Source: Camelus ferus (taxonomy: Eukaryota). Taken from it: a stretch of 64,000 nt of DNA. Where the stretch lies: positions 868,001 through 932,000 of the forward strand of contig NC_045696.1 in NCBI RefSeq assembly GCF_009834535.1, written 5' to 3'. The notes beneath the pieces are model-generated. The model was not told the origin of the DNA. It did not search any database and saw only the letters and a program-made list of their open reading frames with translations. Position numbers and translations under genes: made by a program. Shown one piece after another: positions 50,964 to 64,000 of the stretch; positions within the stretch are counted from its first letter, which is position 1, and each line of letters starts with the position of its first letter.

Positions 50964-52336
50964 GGGAGGAAGAAATGAAGAAAGGAAGAAAGGAAGGGAG
51001 CAGCTTGATGTTTCCAGCGTGAACAGAGTCACCAACAAGAATGAGGGCCCACCAATACCACACCCTTGTAATGTCTGCCTAGAAAAGTGGCCACCAATGT
51101 AGGGCTTCACATCCAAGTGGTGGAGAAACAGAGAAATAGAAAATGCTTCAAATAGTCCCCAAAGAAAGAGTTTAGGTCAGAAATTTTCCTCTTCTAAATT
51201 CTCTATCATTAAATGCATATTTGAACAGGGATGAATTAAGACACAAATGGACTCTTTGAAGAGAGGGGTGACGACATAATAAAAACTGTTGTCAGGCAGC
51301 TGGTAACGAGGAAGCCCTACCTTCCGCGTGGCGAAGCGGTCGGGAAGCAGTCCAGGGATCATCTGAAGGCATCCCACACTCAGGCCCAGCCCGCAGCTCG
51401 GGGAGAGGAGGACAAGACGTGCCAGCAGCCCTGGGTGACTGGTACTCACTTTGCCTAAACAGCCATCACAGTAAGAGAAGGGCTTAGGCAAAAACAGGCC
51501 ACCTTGAGAGGCAGGAAAGCATCGAGAGACAGGCCAGAAACACGGGGCTCACCTAGCCTTCCTCTTCTGCACCCCGAGAGTAAGATGGAAGGCTGAAACT
51601 GTTCTGAGAAGCAAAGGCCTGAGAAGACTCCTTGATTAGAGGGTTCAGCTGTGCACACAGACTAGTTTACAGGCTTTCTCTCCCACCCAGAGCCATGCCT
51701 TCAAGATACCCTCAGTACAAAGAGAGAGGCAGTCACAGAAAAGCAAACACACTGAAGCAGGCCAGAGGTTCATGACCAGGAAAGAACTCGGGGTGTAACA
51801 ATTGGCACATGAAACACTGAAAGCAAACAGATCAGAAGCTACTAGAATTTGGGGGGAATTCTACTGCCAAAGAAACCTGAGCCTAAAATAAGTCAGTGAC
51901 TGTCAACACTGCCAGGCCTCCAAATTCCACAAGCTGGAAGCAAGTTATGGGATCTGTGCAGGCCCCACACCTCAAGGAAGATGCTCTCCCCAAGGTCCCA
52001 GGCAGCAGCGTGCACGGAGGACAAAGCACAAATAGAAGGTGCCCAGGGTCGGGGCGAGGAGTCCGGTAGACAATAGCCAGGAGTTCTTCCCTGGGCAGAG
52101 GTGAGAGAATCAGACTGGGTCACAGTAGAGCCAGGATGGAGCGAGCAAGACCACATCGTCATCATCAGAGCACAAACAAAATATGACCTCGTCTGAGCCA
52201 CAGAAGACCAGCCATGGCCGTCTCGGGCTAACACGAGTGAGGGTTGCTTCCTTACTAGTCCCTGCACTGGCCTCGCCCCAGACCCCCCCCCCCCAGCCCC
52301 CGCCTATAGATAAGCTTTGTTAAGATGCTCATTCAT

Positions 52337-52385
52337 GGAGGAGGATATAGCTCAGGCGGTAGAGCAAATGCTTAGCAAGCACAGG
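52337..52385 (+). mobile_element. 3'-truncated tRNA-derived SINE head
   Basis: ggaggaggatatagctcaggcggtagagcaaatgcttagcaagcacagg; no B box or tail. Confidence 0.75.
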
Positions 52386-52619
52386 ACTGATGTTTATCTT
52401 CCACCCCTCCTCTTTCAAATGGAAGGGTTTTTTTCATTGTCAACTGTCAATGCCGGGGCTCCTCTATCGTACAGTGTGAGCAGCAGATAACCTGTGTGTT
52501 AGTTCAGTCACCAAACCTCAAGAGTCACATCTGGATTCAATTGTCTCCCTAGGGAGGATGAGTGTAAGACAGCTGTGCAAGAAGAATGTGCACAGGTATT
52601 TCAGGGTCAAGATGAAGGA

Positions 52620-53050
52620 CTGAGGGAGAGGTGCCCGTCCACCAAACAGACTGGCAGCTGCCAGCTACGGACTATACTTTCCCATCTCGCACTTGAACTA
52701 GGCAGGGCCATGTGACCAGATCTCCCAGCGGAACGTACACAGTTGTACATGTCATGCCTGGGCCAACATGGGTGAGAAGCATGTGTGCCTCCCCCACACT
52801 GTACTCCCCACCTGCCAGCTGGACAAAAAGGCAGTTCAGGCCCTAGACAAGTTTACCACCCTAGCAGATGGCAGGACCAGCGTGGCCAAGAGCTAGGCCC
52901 AAATCACAGGCAGAGGAAAGCTGCTCACTGAGCATCCTCGGCCTCCTCGGCCTGAGCCTGGGGAGCTCCTCCTTGAACCACTGTGTGAAGGAGAAGGAAA
53001 TCTCCTGTGTAAGGTCCTGACAGCGGGGCGTTTTTACAGATGCTGAGGTT
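52620..53050 (+). mobile_element. MaLR LTR remnant (MLT1J/I-like)
   Basis: actatactttcccatctc...gccatgtgacc...agatggcagg resembles the MLT1/LTR16 core. Confidence 0.55.
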
Positions 53051-53519
53051 ACCCAAAATAATCCAGAAACTGGGGGCTAGAGGCACAAAGGAAAACAGTG
53101 AATCGGACTCTGAGAAACCAGCCTCCACCTTGTGTTGAAAGCACAAAGAGATAAACCCTGAAGGTGGAGAAGTCTCGCCAAGCAAGCCAGCCCACCCACA
53201 CCTTGCAGCTTGTTTTGCTCACCCGCCTGGGCTCAGGCCTCCACTGGGGTTAAGGTGGCTTCTTTACGAATAAAGAACCCTAGAGATGACAAATTAAAGC
53301 CTGTCCAAAAGAGAGACAAATCCTCCTAGGTCTCAGATGAGTCCTCAGACTAACTCTGCAAATACAACGTCTAGCGCACAAAGAAATCAGACGCCGTCGG
53401 CAAGAAACAGCAGAAGTCACAGAAAACAAGAACAGAGCCACAAAGACATAAATGAGAAGTCAGAAATACCCAACATGGACTATCAAAAACTACACTTGCA
53501 ATACACAGAAACAAACAAC

Positions 53520-55010
53520 CACGCTAAAAAAATAGGCAAAAGACTTGAATAGACATGTCTCTAAAGAAGATACACCAATGACCGATAAGTACATAAAATA
53601 ATGTGCAGCATTACTCACCGTAAGGGAAATGCTAATCAAAGCCACAGTGAAGTATCATTTCATACTACTAGGACACAGCAAAGAGGCAGAAAATAACAAG
53701 TGTTGGTGAGGATGTGAAGAGACTGGAATCCCATACATCGCTGGTGAGAATGTAAAATGGTGCAGCTGCGGTGGAAAACAGTATGGTGGTTCTTAAAAAG
53801 TTAAACATTTAGTTATCATATGATCCAGCAACTCCATTTCTGAAAATATGCCCCCAAAGAAGTGAAAGCAGGGACTCAAACAGATATCTTAGAACTATGT
53901 TTAACAGCATACCCATTATAACCAAAAGACAGAAGCAACAGAAGCATCCACTGACCGATGAATGGATAAATAAACTGGGTTTTCCATGAGTGGATATTAT
54001 TTAAGCTTAAAAAAGAAGGAAATCCTGATACATGCTACAACAGGTATGAACCTTGAAGATGCTGTGCTAAGTGAAAGAAGCCAGTCACAAAAGGACAAAA
54101 CTGTATGATTCCACTTATGTGAGGAACACAGAGAAGTCAAATTCATAGAGACAGAAAGTAGAAGGGTAGTTCTACTGGGGACTGGGACTGGGAGATGGGA
54201 CTATTGTGTAATGGGGATGGAGTTTCAATTTTGCAAGATGAAAAAAGTTCCAGAGTTGAATGGTGGTGATGGTTGCACAACAATGTGAATATACTTAATA
54301 CCTCAGAACTGTATACTTAAAATGGTAAATCTTATATTATATATGTTTTACTATAAGAAAAAAACACTATATTCTGTGGGAAAGAGTGTCTCAGTTTCTC
54401 AAAAAATTAAATCTAAAAGTGCCATATGATCCAGCAATTCCACTTTTAGAAATATACCCAAAAGAGCTGAAAATAGGATCTCAAAGAGGTATTTGTACAC
54501 CCATATTCATAGCAGTATTATTCACAATGGCTAAAATGTGGAAGCAATCCCAGTGTCGACTGACAAACTAAATGGATAAGCAAATTGTGGTGTATACATA
54601 CAACGGAATAGTATTCAGCTTAAAAAGAGGAAGGAATTTCTAACATGTGCTACGTGGGTGAACCTTGAGGACATTATGCTAAGTGAATGAAACAAGCCAG
54701 TCACAGAAAGATAAATACTATATGATTCCACTTACATGAGGTACACAGAGTATCTCAGAAATCACTGAGAGAATGTAGAATCAATCAAAGGTGGCTTCAG
54801 GGACTGAGAAAAGTAGAAGTGAGGAATTATTGTTAATTAGGCACAGACTTTCCATTTCATGAGATGAAAAGAACTATGCAGATGGATGGTGGTGATTTGT
54901 CCACAATGTTACGAATTTATTATCACTAAATGGTACATTTTAAATGGTTAAGGTGTTAAATGGTATGTTACGTATATTTCACTACAATTAAAAAAATTAG
55001 AAAAAACAAA
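53520..55010 (+). mobile_element. Two tandem L1 3' ends (about 53520-54360 and 54375-55000; L1MA/MB-like)
   Basis: Each has tatgatccagcaa..cca, gaaccttga.ga and aagccagtcaca; peptide PYDPAIPLLEIYPKE (ORF 54386..54571). Confidence 0.9.
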
Positions 55011-55029
55011 AACCACTACACTTGCTATG

Positions 55030-55635
55030 GTCAAAAACACAAATAAGAGATTAGGAGCTATAAAAAGCAACTTAATTTAAAAAAATTTTTTTTAATTTAA
55101 AACTGAAAATTTTAAAAATCATGAATCAGTTTTAAAGCAGGTTAGGTACTACTGAAGAGACAACTGGCAACTGAAAACTGGGTCAGAAGAAAATGTTCCA
55201 ACTAAAGCAGGGAGAGACCAACACCTGGGAAATACAAAAGACAGGGCACAAGGACACATGGTAAGAAACACACATCTCATTAGAGTCCTAGAAGGACAGA
55301 AGACAGAAAATGAGGCAAAAGCAAAACCGGAAGATAAAGGCAGTGAATTTTTGAGACTTGTGAAAGACATCATGCCATAGATACAAGAAGTCAACATACT
55401 TGTGTGCTGGATGCATGGAATTAGTCAAACTATACAAACCTAAGGTCAATGAGAAAACCCTTTAAAAGCAATAGGAGATCACCTCCAGAGAAATAGCAAT
55501 TATGTTGACTACTGACTCCTGAACAGGAAAACAAAAGCCAGATACAGTGGAAAGATATCTTTAGTGTGCTGAAAGAAAGTAATGTCAACATAAAATTCAA
55601 CATACAGGAAAAAAATTCTTTTAAGAATAAAGGTG
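55030..55635 (+). mobile_element. Old L1 ORF1 remnant
   Basis: attagagtcctagaaggacagaag and aaagccagatacagtggaaagatatcttt resemble ORF1. Confidence 0.65.
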
Positions 55636-56105
55636 ATATACAGTGGAATATTACTCAGCCATAAAAAAGAATGAAATAATGCCATTTGCAACAACATGGA
55701 TGGACCTAGAGTTTATCATACAAGTGAAGTCAGACAAAGATAAAAATCATATATCACTTATATGTGGAATCTAAAAACATGATACAAATGAACTTATTTA
55801 CAAACAAAAGTACACTCATAGACATAGAAAACAAACATATGCGTACCAAAGTGGAAAGAGGAGAAGGAACAAATTGGCAATTTGGGATTTACAGACACAC
55901 ACTACTATACATAAAATACATAAACAACAAGGCCTTACTATATAGCACAGGGAACTATATTCACTGTCTTGTAATAACTTATAATGAAAAAGAATCTGAA
56001 CTAGAATATATAAATATGTGTATATATGTGTATGCATATATCACCGAATCACTTTGCTGTACACCTGAAACATTGTAAATCAAACATATTTCAAAAAAAA
56101 AAAAA
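55636..56105 (+). mobile_element. 5'-truncated artiodactyl-type L1 3' end with polyA and TSD
   Basis: ggaatattactcagccataaaaaagaatgaaataatgcc...tgtacacctgaaacattgtaaatc plus polyA; aagaataaag at 55623-55632 and 56106-56115. Confidence 0.9.
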
Positions 56106-56129
56106 AAGAATAAAGATAGTGAAATCATA

Positions 56130-56936
56130 GTGAAAACCAGCAACCTGGCAGCCACAGAAGTGGACAGAACAGAGCTGGAATGCCTTCAAAGTCCTATTCC
56201 CAGAGAACCATCATTATTTGACACAGTTAATGGGCTCCACTGGCAAGGCTGTCTTTGACCTGAGTCAGAGCTTGCCCAATGAGAAAAGCATTTTCCTTAG
56301 AGGTATACATCAAAACAATTAGAGGCAATTGTTTAATTTTGTAACTACCTGAGACAGTGTATAACTGTTGGGGCAAATACATTAACCCAAAAACTTAAAA
56401 GGAAAAGCTGGAGAATGAGCTGTCTATAGGTGATTTGAAAAGCTCCAATATATTCCTAGAAATCTAGAAAGCCACATCCCATACAGAGAGCTGTGCACAT
56501 ACCCATGATTGTGTGATTGCCCAGGAAAGACCTGAGATAGCTGTAAGTGCTCACATTGGGCTGACTTTGAGGCTCTGAACAAGCAGGACGTGAAGACTAA
56601 GATAGAGATGTAAACTGTCTAATTAAATGTTGAAGCATGCCCCCAGTACACACACAGAGCCCCTCGAGAAAGATTAGGAGACTTATTAATTCCTAGTGTT
56701 TAAGGAAGTCTCTGTCCAATTATTAGCTGACCACTAAACTAGCCAAACCAAGACATCACTGGAAATACATGACAAAGAACACAGATTTTACAGAGTTAGT
56801 TCAGGAAAGTCACTGAACAAACAAATAAAAACTACTACAACAAGCAGCAGCAACAAATACTCCAGACTTAGATTTTCATAGTTGACATATATATTATTTA
56901 AATGTTGGTTTTCAACAAATCATTATAAACAATACC

Positions 56937-56967
<31 letters not shown>

Positions 56968-58995
56968 CTAAGAGAATATGGTCAATATACAGGGGAAAAA
57001 AGCAATCAATAGAAATTACCCCTGAGGAAGCCCTAATGTTGGACTTACGAGACAAAGACTACACATAACCTATTTTAAATATGTTAAAGAACTAAAGAAA
57101 ACCAGGTCAAAAGGATTAAAGGTGACAATGATGTCTGACCAAATAGAGACTATTACTAAAGAGACAGAAACTATTCTTTTAAAAGGAACCAAATAAAAAT
57201 TCTGGAGCTGAAAAGTACAACAACTGAAATGACATATTTATTAGAGGGATTCAACAGCATATTTGAGCAGCAAGAAAAGAACTGGCAAACTTGAAGCTAG
57301 GTCAACTGAAATTTTCCAATCTAATGAACAGAAAGCAAAATGTAAGAATAAAAATGAACAGAGGAGTTGTGCCCAATCCCTCTCCCCTAATACAAAACCC
57401 CATTGTAGTAATCCCCTTGAACAATGTCTTCCTCACAAAAAAATTTAAAAAGAACAGAGCATCAGGGACACCATCAATCATGCCAACATATGCATAAAAA
57501 ACTTCTCAGAAGGAGAGAAGAGACAGAAAGGGGTAAAGTGAGTATTTGAAGAGATAATGGCTATTTGATTTAAAAAGAAATTACAAATCCAAAAAGATCA
57601 ATAAACTCTAAGGATAACTCCAAGATATCTACACATATACACATCATACCCAAACTATCAGAAGACAAAGACAAAGAGAACCTTCAAAGCAGCAAGAAAA
57701 TCAACTCACCATGCAAAAGGGATCCTCAATTAAAGCAACAGCCTATTTCTCAACAGAACCCATACAGGCTAGAAGGTTGTGGGCTGACATATTCAAAGTT
57801 ATAAAAGAAAAAACTGTCAAACAAGAATTCTGTATTCAGCAAAATTATCCTTCAACAGCAAAGAAAAATTAAGATATTCTCAGATAACAAAATTGACAGA
57901 ATATTTCACTAGAAAACTTGCCCTAAAAAAATACTAAAAGGAGCCCTTCAGGCTAAAATAAAATGACACTAGATAGTACTTCAAATCTGGTGAAAATAAA
58001 CACCAGTACAGGTAACTACAGAAGTAAGTATAAAAGACAATATAAATGCAATGTTTGTAACTTTTTTCTCCTATCTGAAATAAAAGATACCTGCAAAAGG
58101 CAATAATAATAAATCTGTGTTGACGTGCACAGAATGTATAAAGATGTACTTTGTAGAGCAATAACAGTACAGGGAGAGGGGGAATAGAGATGTACAGAAG
58201 CAAAGTTTTTATATACTATTGAAATTAAAGTGGTATTAATTCAAAGTAAATTGTTAATAGTGAGAAACTCCAGGCAACCCCTAAGAATATGACTAACAAA
58301 AAAATGGTAAAAGAAATGACAAGGGAATGAAAAGAGAACACTAGAAAATATCTATTTAACACAAAAGAAGGTAGTAACAGAGAATAGAAAACAAGAAAGA
58401 CATGACGTAAAAAAAAAAACAAATAGCAAATGAGAAGAATAAATCCCACCTTATCAAAATTGCACCAAATGTAAATGCATTATACTTTGCAATTTAAAGG
58501 CAGAAATTGTGTTAATGGATTTTTTTTTTCAGTGTGACCCAAATATATGCAGTATACAAGAGACATTCTTAAATTCAAAGGGACAAATAGAGTGAAAGTG
58601 AAAGGATGACTAAATATATAGCTTGTAACAGTAACTAAACAAGAGCTGGAGTGCCGATACTAATATCAGACCAAATGGTCTCCGAGACAAAAATTGTTAC
58701 TAGAGACAAAGAAAGAACACTTTACAATGATAAGAGTCAAATCAACAAGAAGATAGAACAATTATACATGTATGTACCTAATAACTGAGCCCCAGAATGC
58801 ATAAAACGACATTAAGAGAAATGAATGGACAATTAGACAATTCAACAATAAGAGTTGGAGACGTCAATATTCCATTTTCGATACAAAATGAAAAACAAGA
58901 CAAGACCAGCAAGGAAATAGAAGATTTTAACAACTATGAAACATTACACCTAACACGTATCTATAGAACTATCCATTCAAAAAACACAAAACATT
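56130..58995 (+). mobile_element. Old L1: 5' region, ORF1 and ORF2 endonuclease
   Basis: ORF1-like text gagggattcaacagcatatttgagcag; endonuclease peptide STIRVGDVNIPFS (ORF 58797..59150). Confidence 0.85.
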
Positions 58996-59014
58996 ATTTT
59001 TTATTTTATTTGTT

Positions 59015-59278
59015 AGTTAGAAACAACAGAAATGTATTGCTTACATTTCCAGAGGCTGAAAAGTCCAAGATCAAGGTGCCAGTATGGTTGCCTTCTGGTG
59101 AGGGCCCTTCCACATTCACAGCCAATGCCTTCTTGCAGTGTGCTCCATGATGGAATAGCCCAGGGATCTCTCTGGAACCTCTAAGGCAGAGAATCCCTTT
59201 GCGAAGGTTCCGACACCATGACCTAAACACCTCCCAAAGGCTCAACTACTAACATTATAATTTGGGGGAATAGGAGTC
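59015..59278 (-). mobile_element. MLT1A-type MaLR LTR fragment
   Basis: aaacaacagaaatgtatt...gaggctgaaaagtccaagatcaaggtgccag...atgacctaaacacctcccaaagg. Confidence 0.85.
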
Positions 59279-59294
59279 TATCTTCCTCTATTCT

Positions 59295-62200
59295 AATTTT
59301 AGTTGATTTAAAATTTTGTGTTAGTTTTAGGTATACAAAAGAGAGATTCATAATACTCCACTTAGTTATTGTAAAATATTGTTATACAATATAGCCTTGT
59401 AGCTTACTTATTCATTTTATATGAAGTTTGTACCTGTTAATCCCCTTTTATTTATTTTGCTTTTGTTTCCTTTGCTTTAGGAGACAGATTCAAATATATA
59501 TATATATATTTTGCAACATTTTATGTCAAAGAATGTTCTGCCTGTGTATTCTTTGAGGAGCTTTATGGTTTGGGGTCTTTATTTTAGGTCTTTAACCCAT
59601 TTTGAATTTATTTTTGTTTATGATGTGAGATAATGTTCTAATTTCATTCTTCTACATGTAGCTGTCCAGTTTTCCCAACATGAGTTTTTAAAGAGACTGT
59701 ATCTTTTCTCCATTATGTATTCTTGCCTCCATTGTCATGTATTAATTGACTAAAAGTGTGTGCACTTTATTTCTGGGCTTTCTAACCTCTTACACTGATC
59801 CATGTGTCTGTTTTTGTGCCATTCTATATTATTTTTATTACTGTACCTTTGTAGTATAGTCTGAAGTCAGGGAGCACGACACTTCCAGCTCTGTTCTTTC
59901 TCAAGATTGTTTTGGCTATTTAGGGTCTGTCTTGTTTCCTTACAAATTTTAAATTTATTTGTTCTAGCTCTGTGAAAACTGCCATGAGTATTCTGATACA
60001 GATTCCACTGAATCTGTGGACTGTGTTAGTTAGTATGGTCATTTTAACAAGATTAATTCTTCCAATTCATGAACGTGGTATATCTATCTGTTTCTGTCAT
60101 CTTCAGTGTCTTTCATCAGTGTCTTATAGTTTTCTGAGTACAGATTTTTACCTCCATAGTTAAATTTATTCCTAGTTGTTTTATTATTTTTGATGAGATT
60201 GAAAATGGGACTGTTCCCTTAATTTCTTTCTGGTAGTTTATTGTGAGTGTACAGAAATGCAACATATTTTTGTGTATTAATTTTACATACTGGAACTTCA
60301 TCAAATTCAGCTCTAGTAGTGATTAGCTCTAGCAGTTTTTTGGTGACAACTTTAGGATTTCCTACATATACTATTATGTCATCTGCAAAAGTGACAGTTT
60401 TACTTCTTCCCTTCCAATTTACATTTCTTTTATTTCTTTTTCTTATCTGATTGTTGAGCCTGTAACTTCCAATACTGTGTTGAATAAAACTGGCAAGAGT
60501 GGGCACCCTTGTCTTGTTCCTGATATTAAAGAAAATGCTTTCAGCTTTTCACTAATGAGTATTACGTTAGCGGTTGGCTTGCCATATATGATCTTTATTA
60601 TGCTGAAATACGTTCCCACCCACTATCCCTACTTTGTAGAGAGCTTTTATCATAAATGGATGTTGAATTTTATTAAAATGCTTTTTCTGCATTTATTGAG
60701 ATGGTCATATGATTTTTATTTTCAATTTGTTAATGTGGTATATCACACTGACTGATTTGCAAATGTTGAACCATCATTGCATCCATGGGATAAAGCCTAC
60801 TTGATCATGGTGTATCATCCTTTTAATGTTTTGGTGGATTTGCTAATATTGTATGACAAGTATTTTTGCATCTATGTTCATAAGTGATATTGGACTATAA
60901 TTTTCTTGTGATATCTTTGTCTGATTTTGGTATCAGGGTGATGCTGATTTCATTGAATGAGTTTGGAAGTACTCCTTCCTCTGCAACTTTGTGGAATAGT
61001 TTTAGAATGACAGGTGTTAACTCTTCACTAGATATTTGGTAGAATTCACATGTGAGGCCATCTGGTCCTGGACTTTGGTTTGTTGAAAGTTTTCCTAATT
61101 ACTGATTCAATTTCATTACTGGCAATAGATCTGTTATATTTTCTATTTCTTCCGGTTCAATCTTGGGAGGTTGTACATTTCGAGGGATTTTTCCATTTCT
61201 TCTACATTGTCCAACTGATTGGCATATAGTTGTTTGTAGTAATCCCTTATGATCCTTTGTATTTCTGTGGTGTCAGTTGCAACTTCTCCTTTTTCACTTC
61301 TGATTTTATCAATTTGGACTCTCTCTCTTTTTTTCTTGATAAGTCTGACTAAAGGTTTATCAATTTTCTTTATCTTTTCCAACTACCAGTTATTTCATTG
61401 ATCTTTTCTATTGTTTTGCTAGTCTCTGTCTCATACATTTCTGCTCTGATCTTTATGATTTCTTTCCTTCTAATAACTTTGGATTTTGTTCATTCTTTTT
61501 CTAGTTCCTTTAGGTTGTTGCTTTGAGAGTTTTCTTGTTTCTTGATATATTCTTGTACCACTATATACTTTCCTCTTAGAACAGCTTTTGCTGTGTCCCA
61601 TAGCTCTTGGATCATTGTGTTTTCATTTTCATTTGTCTCCAGGTATTTTCTGACATCTTCTCTGACTTCTTGGTTGTTAATTACCATGTTGTTTAGCCTC
61701 CACGTGTGTTTGTGTTTTTTGCAGTTTTTTTCTTGTAGTTGATTTCTATTCTCATAGCATTGTGATGGGAAAAGATGCTTGATATAATTTCAATTTTCTT
61801 AAGCTTACCAAGACTTGTTTTATGGCCCAGCATGTGATCTATCCTGGAGAATGTTCCATGCACACTTGAAAAGATTATGTATTTGGCTACTTTGGGATGG
61901 AATGTTCCATATATATATATATATATTTCATTTGGTCTAATGTCATTTAAGGCCTGTGTGTCCTTATTGATATTCTATCTGGATGATCTGTCCATTGACA
62001 TAAGTAGGGTGTTAAAGTTCCCCATTATTATTCTGTTAGTGTCAATTTCTCCCTTTATGTCTGTCAATATGTGCTTTATGTATTTAATATTCCTATGTTG
62101 GGTGCATATATATTTACAATTGTTATACTTTCTCCTTGGTTTGATCCCTTGATCATTATGTAATGTCCTTCTTTGTCTCTTCTTACAGTCTTCGCTTTAA

Positions 62201-64000
62201 AGTCTATTTTGTCTGGTGTAAGTATTGCTATCCTGACTTTCTTTTAATTTCCATTTCCACAGAATAGCTTTTTCCATCCCCTCATTTTCAGTCTGTGGGT
62301 GTATTTTGGTCTGAAATGAATCTCCTGTTTGCAGCATATAGATGGGTCTTGCTTTTGTACCCATTCTACCACACTAAGTCTTTTGATTGGAGCATTTTGT
62401 CCATTTAGATTTAAAGTAATTATTGATAGGTAGGTACTTATTGCCATTTTGTTAATTGTTTTGAGGCTGTTTTTGAGTTCCTTTTCTTCCTTTCTTCTTC
62501 TTCTGCTCTCCTCCCTTGTGATTTGGTGACTATCTTCAGTGTTGTATTCGGATTCCTTTCTCTTTCGTAAGTATGTATCTAGTATACATATTTGGCTTGT
62601 GGTTACCATGAGGTTTATACACACACACACACACACATATGAATGATTACTTTAACCTGCTAATCTCTTTAGTTCAAACGCATTTTAACAACCTTGCATT
62701 TTTACTTCCTTCTTCCCACACTGCTGGTTTTGACATCGTATTTTACATCTTTTTGTTTTCTGTATCCCTTAGCTCTTAACTACTTATTGTGCATATAGAT
62801 GATTTTACTAATTTTGTCTTTTATCCTGCTAGCTTTGGTTGATTTACTACCTTTACTGCTGCATATATTCCTTTACGAATGAGATTTTTCCTTTTGTAAT
62901 TTTCAAGTTTCTAGTTGTGAACTTTTCTTTTTCACTTAGAGAAATCATTTTAATATTCCTTATAAAGTTGGTTAGTTGGTGATGAACTCTTAGTTTTTGC
63001 TTTTCTGTAAACTTTTGATCTCTCCATCAAAATGAATGAAAGCCTTATCAAGGAAAGTATTCTTCATTGTAGGTTTTTCCCTTTCATCACTTTAAATATA
63101 TTGTGCCACTCCCTTCTGGCCTGCAGTTTCTGCTGAAAAGTCAGCTGGTAGCCTTATGGGAGTTCCCCTGGAAGTAACTTGTTGCTTCCCCTTGCTTCTT
63201 TTTATATTCTCTTTACCTTTAACTTTTGCCAGTTTAATTACAATGTGTCTTGGTGTGATCCTCTTTGGTTGATCCTGCTTGGGATTCTCTGTGTTTCCTG
63301 GACCTGGATGTCTGTTTCCCTTCCCAGGTCAGGGAAATTTTCAACTATTTTGTCTTCAAATACATTCTCTGTTCCCTTCTCTTACTCTTCTCTTTCTGGG
63401 AATCCTATAATGTCAATGTTAGTATGTTCTCACTTCTTTTTATTCTTTTTTGCTGTTTTCTGTTCAGCCTCAGTGATTTCCAATACTCTGTCTTCCAGCT
63501 CTCTGATCCATTCCTTTGTATCATTTAATCTACTGTAGATTCCCTCTAGTGTATCTTTCATTTCAGTTATTGTATTCTTCATCTCTGTTTGGTTGTTCTT
63601 TATATTTTCTAACTCTTTGTTAAAAACGTCTAACTCTGTTCATCCATTCTTCTCCCAAATTCTTTGATCATCTTTATGATCATTATACTGAACTCTTTAT
63701 TGGGTAGATTGCCTATCTCCACTCCACTTATTTCCTTCTGGGGTTTTATCGTGTTCCTTCATTTGGAACATGTTTCTCTGTTATCCCATTCTGTCTAATT
63801 TGCTGTTTTTATTTCTACATATCTGGTAGGTTGGTTACTTTTCCCAACCTTGGAGATGTGGCCTTTTTTAGGAGAAGTCCTATGTGTCACAGCTGCAGAC
63901 TCCCCTCTGGTCATCAGAGCTATATGCTCTAGAGTTGCCCCCTTTTGTGGATTGTGTGGATCCTTCTGTTGTGGTGGGCTGACTACTGTGGGTGATCTGG
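59295..64000 (-). mobile_element. Long disrupted L1 (3' tail, ORF2, ORF1, part of 5' UTR), continuing beyond the window
   Basis: Peptides TFADDIIVYVGNPK (RT), [15 protein letters not shown]...[24 protein letters not shown] and MAISTYLSIITLNLNGQNAPIKR (endonuclease start); many stops and frameshifts. Confidence 0.95.

Noticed and set aside
59295..64000. Active L1 or a novel reverse transcriptase system
   Set aside because: Standard L1 endonuclease and RT motifs broken by many stops and frameshifts; no intact ORF.

Overview
This is mammalian genomic DNA, not prokaryotic. It is very probably camelid, judged from five copies of a short tRNA-derived SINE (GGGGAGGGTATAGCTCAGTGGTAGAGC...GGTCCTGGGTTCAATCCCCAG, Vic-1-like) and young artiodactyl/camelid-type L1 3' tails. 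Roughly half of the window is interspersed repeat: decayed L1 of several ages, L2, MIR, Tigger1, Tigger7/MER44, Charlie1, MER58, and LTR41-like, MER21 and MLT1 LTRs. L1-dense AT-rich blocks lie at about 30-44 kb and 53.5-64 kb; the unique DNA elsewhere is GC-rich. On the minus strand, five GT-AG exons (27683-27638, 25463-25221, 21633-21466, 8278-8208, 7804-7795) splice in phase into a 178-aa open C-terminal peptide ending ...PLTLPLERAP*. This looks like the 3' end of a multi-exon gene that I cannot name. The most notable extra signals are: (1) sharply localised A/T-to-G/C substitution bursts inside repeats, resembling fossil GC-biased gene conversion hotspots; (2) a 272-bp non-L1 insert with an A-tail and a perfect 15-bp TSD; (3) rearranged L1 copies, one with a twin-priming inversion and one with an internal inversion. 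No CRISPR array, rRNA, true tRNA or intact transposon ORF is supported, and I found no evidence of a new multi-gene system. Repeat family names come from my recollection of consensus sequences and need RepeatMasker/Dfam confirmation.
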